Shown: positions 28,802 through 37,920, counted from the first letter of the stretch. The stretch is DNA of 64,000 nt from Candidatus Hodarchaeota archaeon (GCA_048886685.1 JBHLKM010000006.1:32001-96000), one strand, 5' to 3'. Program-made: numbers and translations. The notes: a model not told the origin generated them from the sequence alone.

Positions 28802-29128
28802 ATGATTGAAAAAATAATAAGTGGGATAATTTTGAGAGCACGGAAGCCGTTCTTAATTTTTTGGCCACAATATTTTGATGCAAAGAGAAGCCGTTCAAAA
28901 GGGAGAAGGTTACCCCTTAAATTTGCTATAGATAGAGTTTCTCTAAACGATATCGCTAAAGCAGCAGGTAATCTGGGGTATCAAGCTGAAATTGAAAGGC
29001 ATTATAAGTATTCTAGAACATGGTGGGATGATCCTGGAAGAGTAGTAATTGATGCTAAAGGAAAAAAGAAATCCAAAGTAATGCTTGAAGTTGCAAAGGA
29101 AATAAGAAAATTACATTCAAAAAATTAG
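28802..29128 (+). CDS. srp19: Signal recognition particle protein SRP19 (true start may be the TTG at ~28832)
   Basis: IFWPQYFDAKRSRSKGRRLP...YSRTWW..PGRV. Confidence 0.9.
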   Translation: MIEKIISGIILRARKPFLIFWPQYFDAKRSRSKGRRLPLKFAIDRVSLNDIAKAAGNLGYQAEIERHYKYSRTWWDDPGRVVIDAKGKKKSKVMLEVAKEIRKLHSKN

Positions 29129-29138
29129 ACGATAAAAC

Positions 29139-29510
29139 ATGCATGAATTTTCATTTGCGTATAATATTTTTAAGGTGGCCGAAGCTACTGCTCTAAAATA
29201 TAACGCTAAAAAAATAACAGAAGTAATTCTTGAAATTGGAGAATTAACTCTTATTGTACCAGAACTTCTCCAACGCTCCTTTGATATGGCCACAGCTGGT
29301 TCAATTGCAGAAGGTGCAAAACTTATAATTAAAATGCTTCCTGGAAAAATAAAATGTCGAGATTGTAATAAAAATTCAGAGGTTACCTTAACCAAGGACG
29401 CACAATTAACCGGACTACAATTATTTCAATGTTCCCATTGCCATAGTAATAATACTGAGATTATCGAAGGGAAAAAAGCAAACGTGAAAAACATTAAAAT
29501 TCAAGAATAA
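29139..29510 (+). CDS. hypA: Hydrogenase maturation nickel metallochaperone HypA
   Basis: MHEFS N-terminus, GEL, CRDC...CSHC, IIEG. Confidence 0.92.
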   Translation: MHEFSFAYNIFKVAEATALKYNAKKITEVILEIGELTLIVPELLQRSFDMATAGSIAEGAKLIIKMLPGKIKCRDCNKNSEVTLTKDAQLTGLQLFQCSHCHSNNTEIIEGKKANVKNIKIQE

Positions 29511-29539
29511 GTCTTAGTGGGTTTATCACTCACTTGGAA

Positions 29540-29923
29540 TTAGCTTGCAATCAAAATCCCGTTAAGTGTTCCATGCTGCCCTGGACGAGATGTGATTTTT
29601 GCATTGCCTAACTCTGTCTCAACAATCGCTCCTTTCGTCAAAATGTGTCTTCTATTTAAATCTTTTGAGGCGGCATTACTTTCAAATCCTATAATCCTAA
29701 CCTTTGAGGTTTTATTTGTACTAGGGTCAGTTACATTAATAAACATAGTAGAAAATAACTTGAGTTTAGTGTTTCCACCTAAAACACGTTGTTTTTTAAT
29801 TTTATAATTACCAATTTCTGTATCTATCGTAGGGCGAGCAAGTTCTCTTTTCCTTTTCTTTCTAAAATGTTTATATTTTTTACCTGTGTATTTTCTTCTG
29901 CTACGAGCTTGACTTCTTGCCAT
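29540..29923 (-). CDS. rps8e: 30S ribosomal protein S8e
   Basis: RSRRKYTGKK..RKKRKRELAR, RVLGGN, ILTKGAIVETELG..TSRPGQHG. Confidence 0.96.
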   Translation of the reverse strand: MARSQARSRRKYTGKKYKHFRKKRKRELARPTIDTEIGNYKIKKQRVLGGNTKLKLFSTMFINVTDPSTNKTSKVRIIGFESNAASKDLNRRHILTKGAIVETELGNAKITSRPGQHGTLNGILIAS

Positions 29924-30104
29924 TTTATATTAACCAAAGAGAATATTAGAGTATATTATTGATAAGAAAGGATATCTTTAAAATTTTTTTAAAAAGCGAA
30001 CTAAATTATGTTTTATTAAAGAAAAATAAATATAGAAATAATTTTTATTTAACATAATATATCAATCAAAAGTTATTGATTATAAAGAGGTAATTTACAG
30101 TAAA

Positions 30105-30746
30105 ATGATGAAAGATAATTTAAACCAACGCATTTACGATGAGAAAGCACTTGAAAAAGCTATAAAATCAGGTACTACCACTGTTGGATTAATTGTTAAG
30201 GATGGTGTAGTAATTGGGACCGAATCACAAGCAAGTGCTGGGACTTTTGTGGCATCTAAACAAGCTCAGAAGCTATTTCAAATTAATGATTTCACAGCAG
30301 CAACCATCGCCGGGGGAGTAGCCGATTGTGTTTACGTAATTAACCAATTAAAAGCTTTATCTCGTTTGAAAGAAGTAGAAGAAGGTATCGTTCCAGAACC
30401 TAAATACATTGCAAGTATTACTCGAAATATTCTCTTCTCAGGAAGGGGTTTTTTCATTAGTATGATGATCGTAGGGGGTTATTCAGAGGTAGAAAAATCT
30501 GGTAAACTTTATGGTATTGATATGTTAGGAACTTTGTATGAAGAGGAAAGCTTCCTTTCGTTTGGTTCAGGTTCACCATTCTCATTAGGTGTTTTAGAAG
30601 CAGATTGGACACCAAATATGACAAAATCAGCAGGACTAGATTTGATAAAAACGGCAATCTCAAGCGCTCGAGAAAGAGATGCTGGTTCAGGATTTAGCTT
30701 ACAAATTTGCACGATTGATAAAGATGGTTTCAAACGAATTGAATAA
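30105..30746 (+). CDS. psmB: 20S proteasome beta subunit
   Basis: Propeptide followed by G-TTTVG (N-terminal Thr nucleophile), AGGVAD, GSGS, RDAGSG. Confidence 0.94.
   Translation: MMKDNLNQRIYDEKALEKAIKSGTTTVGLIVKDGVVIGTESQASAGTFVASKQAQKLFQINDFTAATIAGGVADCVYVINQLKALSRLKEVEEGIVPEPKYIASITRNILFSGRGFFISMMIVGGYSEVEKSGKLYGIDMLGTLYEEESFLSFGSGSPFSLGVLEADWTPNMTKSAGLDLIKTAISSARERDAGSGFSLQICTIDKDGFKRIE
30551..30746 (+). repeat. Direct repeat, copy 1 (3' end of the intact psmB)
   Basis: Colinear without indels with 32524..32719 (offset 1973); about 82% identity by manual count over 185 nt. Confidence 0.9.
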
Positions 30747-30784
30747 ATTCTACTCCATTCTTTTTCTCTGAATTGTATTTAAAA

Positions 30785-32185
30785 TTAGGATACTTTATTA
30801 TGCTTTTTCTTAATTATTAGAGATATAAACAAGATAATAAATATCGTCAGTAAGCACACAGGATATCCTGGAATAAAACCACCTCCGTTTCCTTCTTCTG
30901 GGATTGCAAGACCCCCATCTAGAATAGTCCAAGAAAAGTTAGTAATGATAAATTGTCTTGCATCCACAGCTGCGCTACTGTACTGGGAATTACCTGCATG
31001 AAAGGTTACACCGGTTTGCAAGGTTAATTGCGACCAGCCTAATAATAAATTATCATAATTAGGCGTTGATAATGTAACACCATCGAACATATCATTCATG
31101 TTTCCGACGCTCGAGACATCCCAACTACCAATGGGCTGGTTGAATGAAGAAGTCCTATTGAACATAAACCTCATGTCTATAACGCTCGAGACATCCCAAC
31201 TACCGATGGGCTGGTTGAATAAAGATGCCCTCTCGAACATACCACCCATGTATGTCACGCTCGAGACATCCCAGCTGCCGATGGGCTGGTTGAATGAAGA
31301 CGCCCTGCAGAACATATAACCCATGTCTGTGACGCTTGAGACATCCCAACTGCCGATGGGCTGGTTGAATGAAGACGCCCCACTGAACATATATTTCATG
31401 TCTGTGACACTCGAGACATTCCAGCTACCGATGGGCTGGTTGAATGAAGACGCCTCGAAGAACATACCACCCATGTTTGTGACGCTCGAGACATCCCAGC
31501 TGTCGATGGGCTGGTTGAATGAAGACACCCCCCCGAACATACTATACATGTTTGTCACGCTCGAGACATCCCATCCGTCCATGTTACCGCTATTACCAAG
31601 ATTATAGCAATTTCTAAAAGCCCCATATAAATTGCTCGTTCCCGTTAAATTCAAATTATCGGTAGCCGTGAGTTCTAAATTGGAGCACCCAGAAAAATAA
31701 CTCCAAAATTCTCCTAATCGTAAGCACCCCCATTGTTGGATTTCAAGGATCTTCAATCGATCTCCCCAATCATCAAAACACCAACCAATAATCTTTCCTG
31801 TGATCTTAATTGCGTACACTCCCTCGGAAAGATAATTGTGTGTAACCTCAACTTGATTCCAAATTGTGATCGTGTCATTGCTCTCGTCGCCCCAATCCAC
31901 AATGAAATTATAATCTCCACCCGATAGCAGTGGCAAGGTCACTTGATTATTAAGACTAGAACCAGAGCTTGTCTTGGTTGTATCCCAAACTGAGATAAAA
32001 TCGTCTGGGCTATGTGCATTACGTACAGTAAATTTTAAGTTGGTGGGCGTTTGCTTTTGCTCATGAAGTGGAGGTATAAAGCTTGAAATGTTTAGCAACA
32101 CCAAAGAAAATAATAATACAAGTGTTATACTTACCTTTATTAATTTATGTTTCATCAATCTAATCGCATTGAAATTTTTAATCAA
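30785..32185 (-). CDS. DUF285/BspA-type repeat surface protein with signal anchor, PKD-like segment and IPGY-TM-basic C-terminal sorting tail
   Basis: N-terminal hydrophobic helix, VDWGD, repeats FNQPIGSWDVSSVTxMxxMFxxA, C-terminal IPGYPVCLLTIFIILFISLIIKKK. Confidence 0.9.
   Translation of the reverse strand: MIKNFNAIRLMKHKLIKVSITLVLLFSLVLLNISSFIPPLHEQKQTPTNLKFTVRNAHSPDDFISVWDTTKTSSGSSLNNQVTLPLLSGGDYNFIVDWGDESNDTITIWNQVEVTHNYLSEGVYAIKITGKIIGWCFDDWGDRLKILEIQQWGCLRLGEFWSYFSGCSNLELTATDNLNLTGTSNLYGAFRNCYNLGNSGNMDGWDVSSVTNMYSMFGGVSSFNQPIDSWDVSSVTNMGGMFFEASSFNQPIGSWNVSSVTDMKYMFSGASSFNQPIGSWDVSSVTDMGYMFCRASSFNQPIGSWDVSSVTYMGGMFERASLFNQPIGSWDVSSVIDMRFMFNRTSSFNQPIGSWDVSSVGNMNDMFDGVTLSTPNYDNLLLGWSQLTLQTGVTFHAGNSQYSSAAVDARQFIITNFSWTILDGGLAIPEEGNGGGFIPGYPVCLLTIFIILFISLIIKKKHNKVS
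31096..31575 (-). repeat. Coding tandem repeat, 75-bp unit, about 6.4 copies
   Basis: Recurring acgctcgagacatccca...atgggctggttgaatgaaga at 75-bp spacing. Confidence 0.95.
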
Positions 32186-32523
32186 AGAACCTCAATAATT
32201 GTACCTCTTAAAAGGTTTTCTATTTTTTGGTTTCAAAATTTCTAAATCCTGTAAAAAATTAGTTCATAAGTGAAGTTCAACATACTATCCTTTTTCCTTA
32301 TACTTTTAAAAGATTTTAAAATAGTAAATCCAAATAGAACTTCTAATCCTGTTCCACTACAACGAAGAACTATAATGATATTACTCTATTAATATATTTT
32401 AATTCTCTGGTAAGATCATGAAGCTCTTATTAATTCTTGCTATACCTACTTTTACAATCTGAACTGTTCTTATTTTATAGTCTATAACGTGGAGGAACGA
32501 GAATTCTTTTTTAAAATTATGTT

Positions 32524-32719
32524 CTTCAATTCAATTGGTTCAGGTTCACCATTTTCATCAGGTGTTTTAGAAGTCGATTGGAGACCTAATTTGACAAGAG
32601 AACAGGGGATTAAGTTAATAAAAACAGCAATCTCAAGCTCTCGGGAAAGAGATGCTGGTTCAGGATTTGGCTTACAAATTTGCACAAATGATAAAGATGG
32701 TTTCAGCTAGGTTCAATAG
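32524..32719 (+). pseudogene. psmB: Displaced 3' fragment of psmB (direct repeat, copy 2)
   Basis: FNSIGSGSPFSSGVLEVDWRPNLTREQGIKLIKTAISSSRERDAGSGFGLQICTNDKDGFS*VQ*. The 5' part is absent and there is a premature TAG three codons before the aligned stop. Confidence 0.88.
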
Positions 32720-32736
32720 GTTAGTTAATCACTAAA

Positions 32737-33234
32737 CTACTTATTCTCAATTAGCAAATTGATTTGTAACAATTCTTTATTGTAATAAATAAAACCATTT
32801 ATCTCTTCAGTGTTCATATCCATAATCGTCCAAATTTGATTTTTAAATGGATTTCTCTTTTTTCCTATATCTTCATCAAGATATATCATATTTTCTATAT
32901 CAATTGAACTAGGGAAAGGAGGAACAGGATGTGAATGAAATATACTTATCATTCTTAACTTCCTATTATAAACAGCATCCTGATGTATTTCAAAATACTT
33001 ATCAGAATCTTGAATTAAAGCAAATGAGCCATAAGATTCAATGTTAGATTTAAGGCAATAGAAACGCTTTCCAATATAATGAATTTGAAAATCATCCTTA
33101 ACGGTCTCAATCTTTTTTATATCTCCAAAAATAAGTCCGCAAGCTTCAGTTGGAGCTGCATTTCTGTTACATTCTTTTAATTCTGCCTCAATTTTTTCAG
33201 TTAATACTAAAATTATATCTTTTTCAACTTTCAT
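32737..33234 (-). CDS. JAB1/MPN+ (JAMM) metalloprotease
   Basis: EACGLIFG ... FHSHPVPPFPSSID (E-x-HxH-x7-S-x2-D type motif). Confidence 0.9.
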   Translation of the reverse strand: MKVEKDIILVLTEKIEAELKECNRNAAPTEACGLIFGDIKKIETVKDDFQIHYIGKRFYCLKSNIESYGSFALIQDSDKYFEIHQDAVYNRKLRMISIFHSHPVPPFPSSIDIENMIYLDEDIGKKRNPFKNQIWTIMDMNTEEINGFIYYNKELLQINLLIENK

Positions 33235-33250
33235 TATCTAATCTCATTAA

Positions 33251-33934
33251 TTATATTAATGTTAATGCTGCATTCAGCGTTGCTAACCTTGCTTTTTGAA
33301 GACTATCACCAGATCCGATTACGATAACATCGTTCTTTTCTAATTTAATATTTTCTTTAGATATATCTGTTTCAAAATAAGTCTGAAGGGATTTATTAAT
33401 AACCATATCATTATTAATCGGTTCTGAATGAGATTTTGAAGGAAAAATTAGATTCTCACCATTAAATACTAAACAAGTTGCTCCAGAACCACTTATTTTA
33501 ATAGCAGCATCTCTTTGAGAAACACCATTTGATATTTTACGAGATCCGTTTTTTACTAAACAAAAATAAGAATATGTTTTATCAGTTTCTATAATAATGT
33601 CTTTTAGTATGGAAGATTTACCTTCTTTAATAATGGGTATTATTTTTTTAATTTTGTTTAAATAATCTATGCCTTTTTCTGTTAAGAAATGTCCCCTGCG
33701 TTTCCTTTCATCTGTTACATTAACAAATTTGATGTTCTTATTCAGCTTCTTAATCATCGATTTAGCGGTTCCCTCACCTATTAATAATTCTTTTTGTAAA
33801 CGGTATCTTCCGATACCCTCGCGATTTTCATCAAATATGAATAAAGCCAATATGATATGAACTTTCTCAAATGTTGGTTTAATTGTGGAGCTTTGAAATA
33901 GACTATCTAATTCTTCAAACATCACTAGATTCAA
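33251..33934 (-). CDS. Winged-helix protein, DUF4443-like
   Basis: IGRYRLQKELLIGEGTAKS...GHFLTEKG; QRDAAIKISGSGATCLVF. Confidence 0.7.
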   Translation of the reverse strand: MNLVMFEELDSLFQSSTIKPTFEKVHIILALFIFDENREGIGRYRLQKELLIGEGTAKSMIKKLNKNIKFVNVTDERKRRGHFLTEKGIDYLNKIKKIIPIIKEGKSSILKDIIIETDKTYSYFCLVKNGSRKISNGVSQRDAAIKISGSGATCLVFNGENLIFPSKSHSEPINNDMVINKSLQTYFETDISKENIKLEKNDVIVIGSGDSLQKARLATLNAALTLI

Positions 33935-34052
33935 TATGAATAATATATTAAAGTAAAAAAATTAATATAAAAATGCAGTTGACAGATATTGGTACTCAAA
34001 TTAATTCTCATCTCTTTATTTAAATATTATTGCTAATATAACTTTAATAGAA

Positions 34053-35042
34053 ATGTCAAAAAAAAGTGGATCTGAAAAAGATATACAAAACCTCTTACTA
34101 TTTAAACAGAAAGAAGGTCCTAAGAAAAAAGAGGCTGACAATTTTTTAGTTGAAAAAACGAATAAAGAAGACAAGATTAAAATCACAAATAGCCTAATAA
34201 CACAAGGATCCCATTATAGATATACAATCTTATTAAATAATGAAAATTCAACAGCGATTTCAGATATTAATATTCTCGTTTTATATCCGGAATTCTTAAA
34301 ATTCTCAAGATTTTATCCTTCGACATTAAATGTGTCCTGTTCAATCGAAGAAGATCAAGGTAAAAAAACCAATTTAAATCTAAATATTAAAGGATTAAAA
34401 GGTGGAAGTTCAGAAAAAATATTTCTACATTTTACTCCTTCTACTCAATTAGCCATTGGAGAATTTAAAACTTCCTTAAAATATACAAACAATGAAGGGG
34501 AGGAAAGAGAGATCAATTCTGATTCTATTAAAATTCAAATTGATAAACTGAATATAACTCCTAAGATTATGTCCCATTCACGGATCAGAGAATTTTCCCA
34601 AATACCTGGTATGAAGAGAGCTTTAATAAGCTTAGGAATAGGAACAAAAAAAAAATTGAATTTAGAAAAACTATTCGATGTTTTCGAAAAATTAGTTCTA
34701 TCATATAATTTTCAATTTATCACTAAAGATAGAGAAAAGGGAATTGTATGGTTTTTTGGTTCTGAATTAAATTCCAACAATGACATATTAGCCCTTAGTA
34801 AAATAAATTCATACATTATCGAAATAATAGCATACGTTAAAAATCCCGTTATACTTGGTTTATTTCTTTCTTCATTCATAAATAACCTTAAGGAACAATT
34901 GTTAATGAATAAAATTATAAAATCAAATATGAAGATATTTGAATTAGAATGTGTTAATTGTGGTGAGAATTTGCCTTATTTTCCGAAAAAAGGTGAATTT
35001 ATCACCTGCATTAAATGTTCGTACGAACAACTCGTTTGGTAG
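34053..35042 (+). CDS. Coat/adaptor appendage-like protein (Ig-like plus platform) with C-terminal zinc ribbon, paralog A
   Basis: Full-length paralog of 35213..36202 (both 329 aa), sharing LHFTP, ITPKI, EFSQIPGMKRA, CxxCG..LPYFPKKGE..CxxCxYEQ.VW. Confidence 0.6.
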   Translation: MSKKSGSEKDIQNLLLFKQKEGPKKKEADNFLVEKTNKEDKIKITNSLITQGSHYRYTILLNNENSTAISDINILVLYPEFLKFSRFYPSTLNVSCSIEEDQGKKTNLNLNIKGLKGGSSEKIFLHFTPSTQLAIGEFKTSLKYTNNEGEEREINSDSIKIQIDKLNITPKIMSHSRIREFSQIPGMKRALISLGIGTKKKLNLEKLFDVFEKLVLSYNFQFITKDREKGIVWFFGSELNSNNDILALSKINSYIIEIIAYVKNPVILGLFLSSFINNLKEQLLMNKIIKSNMKIFELECVNCGENLPYFPKKGEFITCIKCSYEQLVW

Positions 35043-35212
35043 GTTGTTTATATTTTTTTTTTGACCAAAAATTCAATTCTTCAAGAGAATCTTATATATA
35101 ATTAAAAAAAAGGAATATTAAAAAAAATATAAATCAAATTGTCATATTATTATTTATCAAAAATTAAGAAATTCAATATCTATCTTTTAAAGTTAAATTC
35201 TTTTAAACAAAA

Positions 35213-36202
35213 ATGTCTGGTAAAAAGGAAAAAAGCGGTGTAGATCTAGCACAAAACTTAGTTATTTTTAAAAGTAAAGAATCAACTAAGATTAAAAAGC
35301 CTGATAAACTCACATTTGAAAGAATTGACCAAGAAGATAAAATAAAGTTTATAAGTGATTTCAAAACTCACGGAAGTCATTATGTTCTTTCAATTCAACT
35401 ATTAAATGAAAGTTTAGCTCCTATTTCTGAAGTGAGAATTAAAATTAGCTTTCCCCCCTTTTTTATGCTTACCAGAAGCTATCCTCCCACAATATATATA
35501 CCTGCATCCTATGAAGAAGAGGGTTTAACAAAATTAAATCTTGAACTTGATGAATTAAATGAAAGAAGTTCAAAACAAATAAATCTGCATTTTACTCCTT
35601 TATCCTTAGGTAACGAAGGAGAAATAAGATCTATTGTCACTTATGTTAATAATAAAGATTTTGTTAGGGTCATAGCTTCAGACCCATTATCAATCACGCT
35701 AGATAATATAACCATTACTCCGAAAATAATTCCTAGTTCCTATATCGGAGAATTTTCTCAAATTCCCGGCATGAAGAGAGCAATTAAAAGCCTTGGAGTT
35801 GGAATAGTAGGTAAAGGAGACCCTGATCTATACTTCAATATTTTAGAACAAGTATTTCTAAGAAACAACCTTCAATTAATAACAAAAGATCCAGATAAGA
35901 GAATTCTTTGGTATTTTGGAGCTGAATTAGAATCGAGAGATGACGTTCTAGTAATTGGTCAGATAGTGTCTGATAAGGTAGAGATTATCGCAATTTCTAA
36001 GAATCATCATATACTTATTTCATTTTTAACATTATTCGCTAATGAGTTTAAAGAGCAGATTCTCATAAGAGAATTTGTATCCTCCCCAGATCAGATCTAC
36101 GATTTAGAATGCAAGTATTGTGGAGCTATTCTTCCATATTTTCCTAAAAAGGGAGAAGAAATTGCATGTAGTAAATGTAATTACGAACAAGTTGTCTGGT
36201 AA
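35213..36202 (+). CDS. Coat/adaptor appendage-like protein (Ig-like plus platform) with C-terminal zinc ribbon, paralog B
   Basis: Sequence pattern parallels the recalled beta-COP appendage (see findings). Confidence 0.6.
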   Translation: MSGKKEKSGVDLAQNLVIFKSKESTKIKKPDKLTFERIDQEDKIKFISDFKTHGSHYVLSIQLLNESLAPISEVRIKISFPPFFMLTRSYPPTIYIPASYEEEGLTKLNLELDELNERSSKQINLHFTPLSLGNEGEIRSIVTYVNNKDFVRVIASDPLSITLDNITITPKIIPSSYIGEFSQIPGMKRAIKSLGVGIVGKGDPDLYFNILEQVFLRNNLQLITKDPDKRILWYFGAELESRDDVLVIGQIVSDKVEIIAISKNHHILISFLTLFANEFKEQILIREFVSSPDQIYDLECKYCGAILPYFPKKGEEIACSKCNYEQVVW

Positions 36203-36615
36203 AAATGATCTTTATCTTTTATTAGATTTAATTTTAAGCAGTTCTTTTCTACCTTTTATATGATAATCAATAATAATTTCCATAAATTTAGCCTATTAAT
36301 CCTATTCTTTCAATAATTTTACTTATTTGGCATATTGGACATCATTTTCTTTAGTCTTATTATCTTTTACATGTAGTAAAAATTACAAATCTAGCATTTC
36401 AAATTTTGACCCAATTTTTCATTTCTTTAAAATTATCTTTTTAGTCCTCTAATTTAAAGAATTGAGAATCTTAATTAGGTGTAAAAATACTAAATTTTAA
36501 TGAAAAATGACTTTGTATGAAAAAAATCAAACTTGCACGAGATTGATCATCTTCATAATTCCGAATTTTGTCGTTAAACTTTTTTTATTTTTTTCTTAAT
36601 TAAATCAAGTTTGTA

Positions 36616-36632
36616 TCAAAATCTTTAAATAT
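36616..36632 (+). promoter_or_regulatory. Candidate BRE/TATA box upstream of the histone gene
   Basis: caaaatcTTTAAATA about 95 nt upstream of the ATG; the AT-rich background makes this weak. Confidence 0.3.
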
Positions 36633-36725
36633 CTGAAAGATTAATATCTATATAATAAACTCTGTAATAATAACAAAAATCAATAAAAATTATCATTAAA
36701 TTATAAAAAAGTGGAGGAATTTAAA

Positions 36726-36935
36726 ATGTCTGAATATATTAGTTGGAGTCCTATTCGAAGATTAATGAAACACAATGGGGCCATTATCGTTGCACGTGAT
36801 GCCGTCGATGAATTAGTCGATTGGATGGGTGAATCAGCCACCAAGATCACTAAAACTGCATTAAGCTTAACGAAACATGCCAAAAGGAAAAAAGTTACTC
36901 GGGACGACATCCTTTTAGCAATTAAATACTTCTAG
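36726..36935 (+). CDS. Archaeal histone (HMf-like), 69 aa, tail-less
   Basis: ISWSPIRRLMKHNGA..VARDA...HAKRKKVTRDDILLA histone fold. GGAGG SD at 36713 favours ATG 36726 over GTG 36711. Confidence 0.93.
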   Translation: MSEYISWSPIRRLMKHNGAIIVARDAVDELVDWMGESATKITKTALSLTKHAKRKKVTRDDILLAIKYF

Positions 36936-36986
36936 ATTCTGCCTAGAGGGACGAGAAGCTTTATTTATTATTTATTTTTTTTTTTA
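36931..36986 (+). terminator. Short hairpin followed by an oligo-T tract after the histone gene
   Basis: tctag-attctgc-ctaga, then tttatttattatttattttttttttt. Confidence 0.45.
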
Positions 36987-37191
36987 ATATTATCTGAAAA
37001 ATCTAAATTGTTAGCTAGTCATCTTAACATTAAAAATCTTCCCAATATGTAATATATATCGTTATTTGATGACTTTATTTATAGAGAATTTTAAAAAAAT
37101 TTAAAAACATCTATATTGTAATGAATATAGAAAAAATCATAAATTCCAATTGTTTTAAAAGTGAAAAATATCTTTTAAACCGATTTGGGGA

Positions 37192-37920
37192 ATGACTAAT
37201 ATGGAATATGCCATTGTAACAGAAAATTTAACGAAACGATATGGTCATATCTTGGCTGTTGATAATTTAAATTTGAAAGTGCAGCACGGAGATATTTGTG
37301 GTCTTCTTGGACCAAATGGAGCTGGAAAAACTACGCTTATTGAAATGTTAATCGGGGCATTGAAACCTAGTTCAGGAAGGGCGGAGATCTTAGGGTATGA
37401 TATCCATACAAACTCATTGAAAGTTCGAAAAATGATTGGATTTTTGCCTGAAAACTGTGGTTTCTATAAAAATATGACTGGTTTCCGCTTTTTACGGTAT
37501 ATGGCAAAACTTGGAGGGATTACAAAACAAGATGTATCAAAAAAAGCAAATGAGCTCCTAACAAAAGTAGGGTTGTTAGAACGGGGAGCCTCCAAGATAT
37601 CAACATATTCAGGTGGAATGAAGCAACGGCTGGCAATCGCCCAAGCATTTATTACAGAACCTGCAATCGTGTTTTTAGATGAGCCAACTTCTGATCTTGA
37701 TCCCCTAGTACGAGAAGAAATTCTGGAAATGATAGCTGAATATGCAAAAAAAGGCAAAACTGTAGTCATAGCCTCTCATATACTCTCAGAAATCAAAAAA
37801 ATAGGCGATGTTGTAACAATAATCGATAATGGAAAAATTAAAAAGATTGCGCGTTTGGAAACGATCCAAGGAAAATTGGTAGATTTCTACAAAAAAGCTA
37901 TTAAAGGTGAGATTGACTAA
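37192..37920 (+). CDS. ABC-2 type transporter ATP-binding protein
   Basis: GPNGAGKTT, YSGGMKQR, FLDEPT, SH. Confidence 0.92.
   Translation: MTNMEYAIVTENLTKRYGHILAVDNLNLKVQHGDICGLLGPNGAGKTTLIEMLIGALKPSSGRAEILGYDIHTNSLKVRKMIGFLPENCGFYKNMTGFRFLRYMAKLGGITKQDVSKKANELLTKVGLLERGASKISTYSGGMKQRLAIAQAFITEPAIVFLDEPTSDLDPLVREEILEMIAEYAKKGKTVVIASHILSEIKKIGDVVTIIDNGKIKKIARLETIQGKLVDFYKKAIKGEID

Larger units (their letters stand above)
30747..32523. mobile_element. Small inserted cassette bounded by the duplicated psmB 3' end; carries the DUF285 gene; no recombinase
   Basis: Flanking direct repeats and visibly higher GC in the cargo gene than in the flanks. Confidence 0.6.

Noticed and set aside
31098-31607. 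75-bp periodic repeats as a CRISPR array, and the + strand repeat ORFs
   Set aside because: The units are in-frame coding repeats (25 aa) of the minus-strand DUF285 gene, with no unique spacers and no cas genes. The + strand ORFs are antisense shadows.
32489-32710. 73-aa ORF as a second functional proteasome subunit
   Set aside because: It lacks the N-terminal Thr and two thirds of the fold; sequence upstream of 32524 is unrelated to psmB.
30551-32719. psmB duplicate or DUF285 repeats as a DGR template/variable repeat pair
   Set aside because: Mismatches are not confined to adenines of one copy, and no reverse transcriptase is present in the window.
36203-36710. 500-bp gap upstream of the histone gene as a structured RNA (e.g. 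SRP RNA)
   Set aside because: No GC-rich helices or SRP motifs; consistent with an AT-rich regulatory region.
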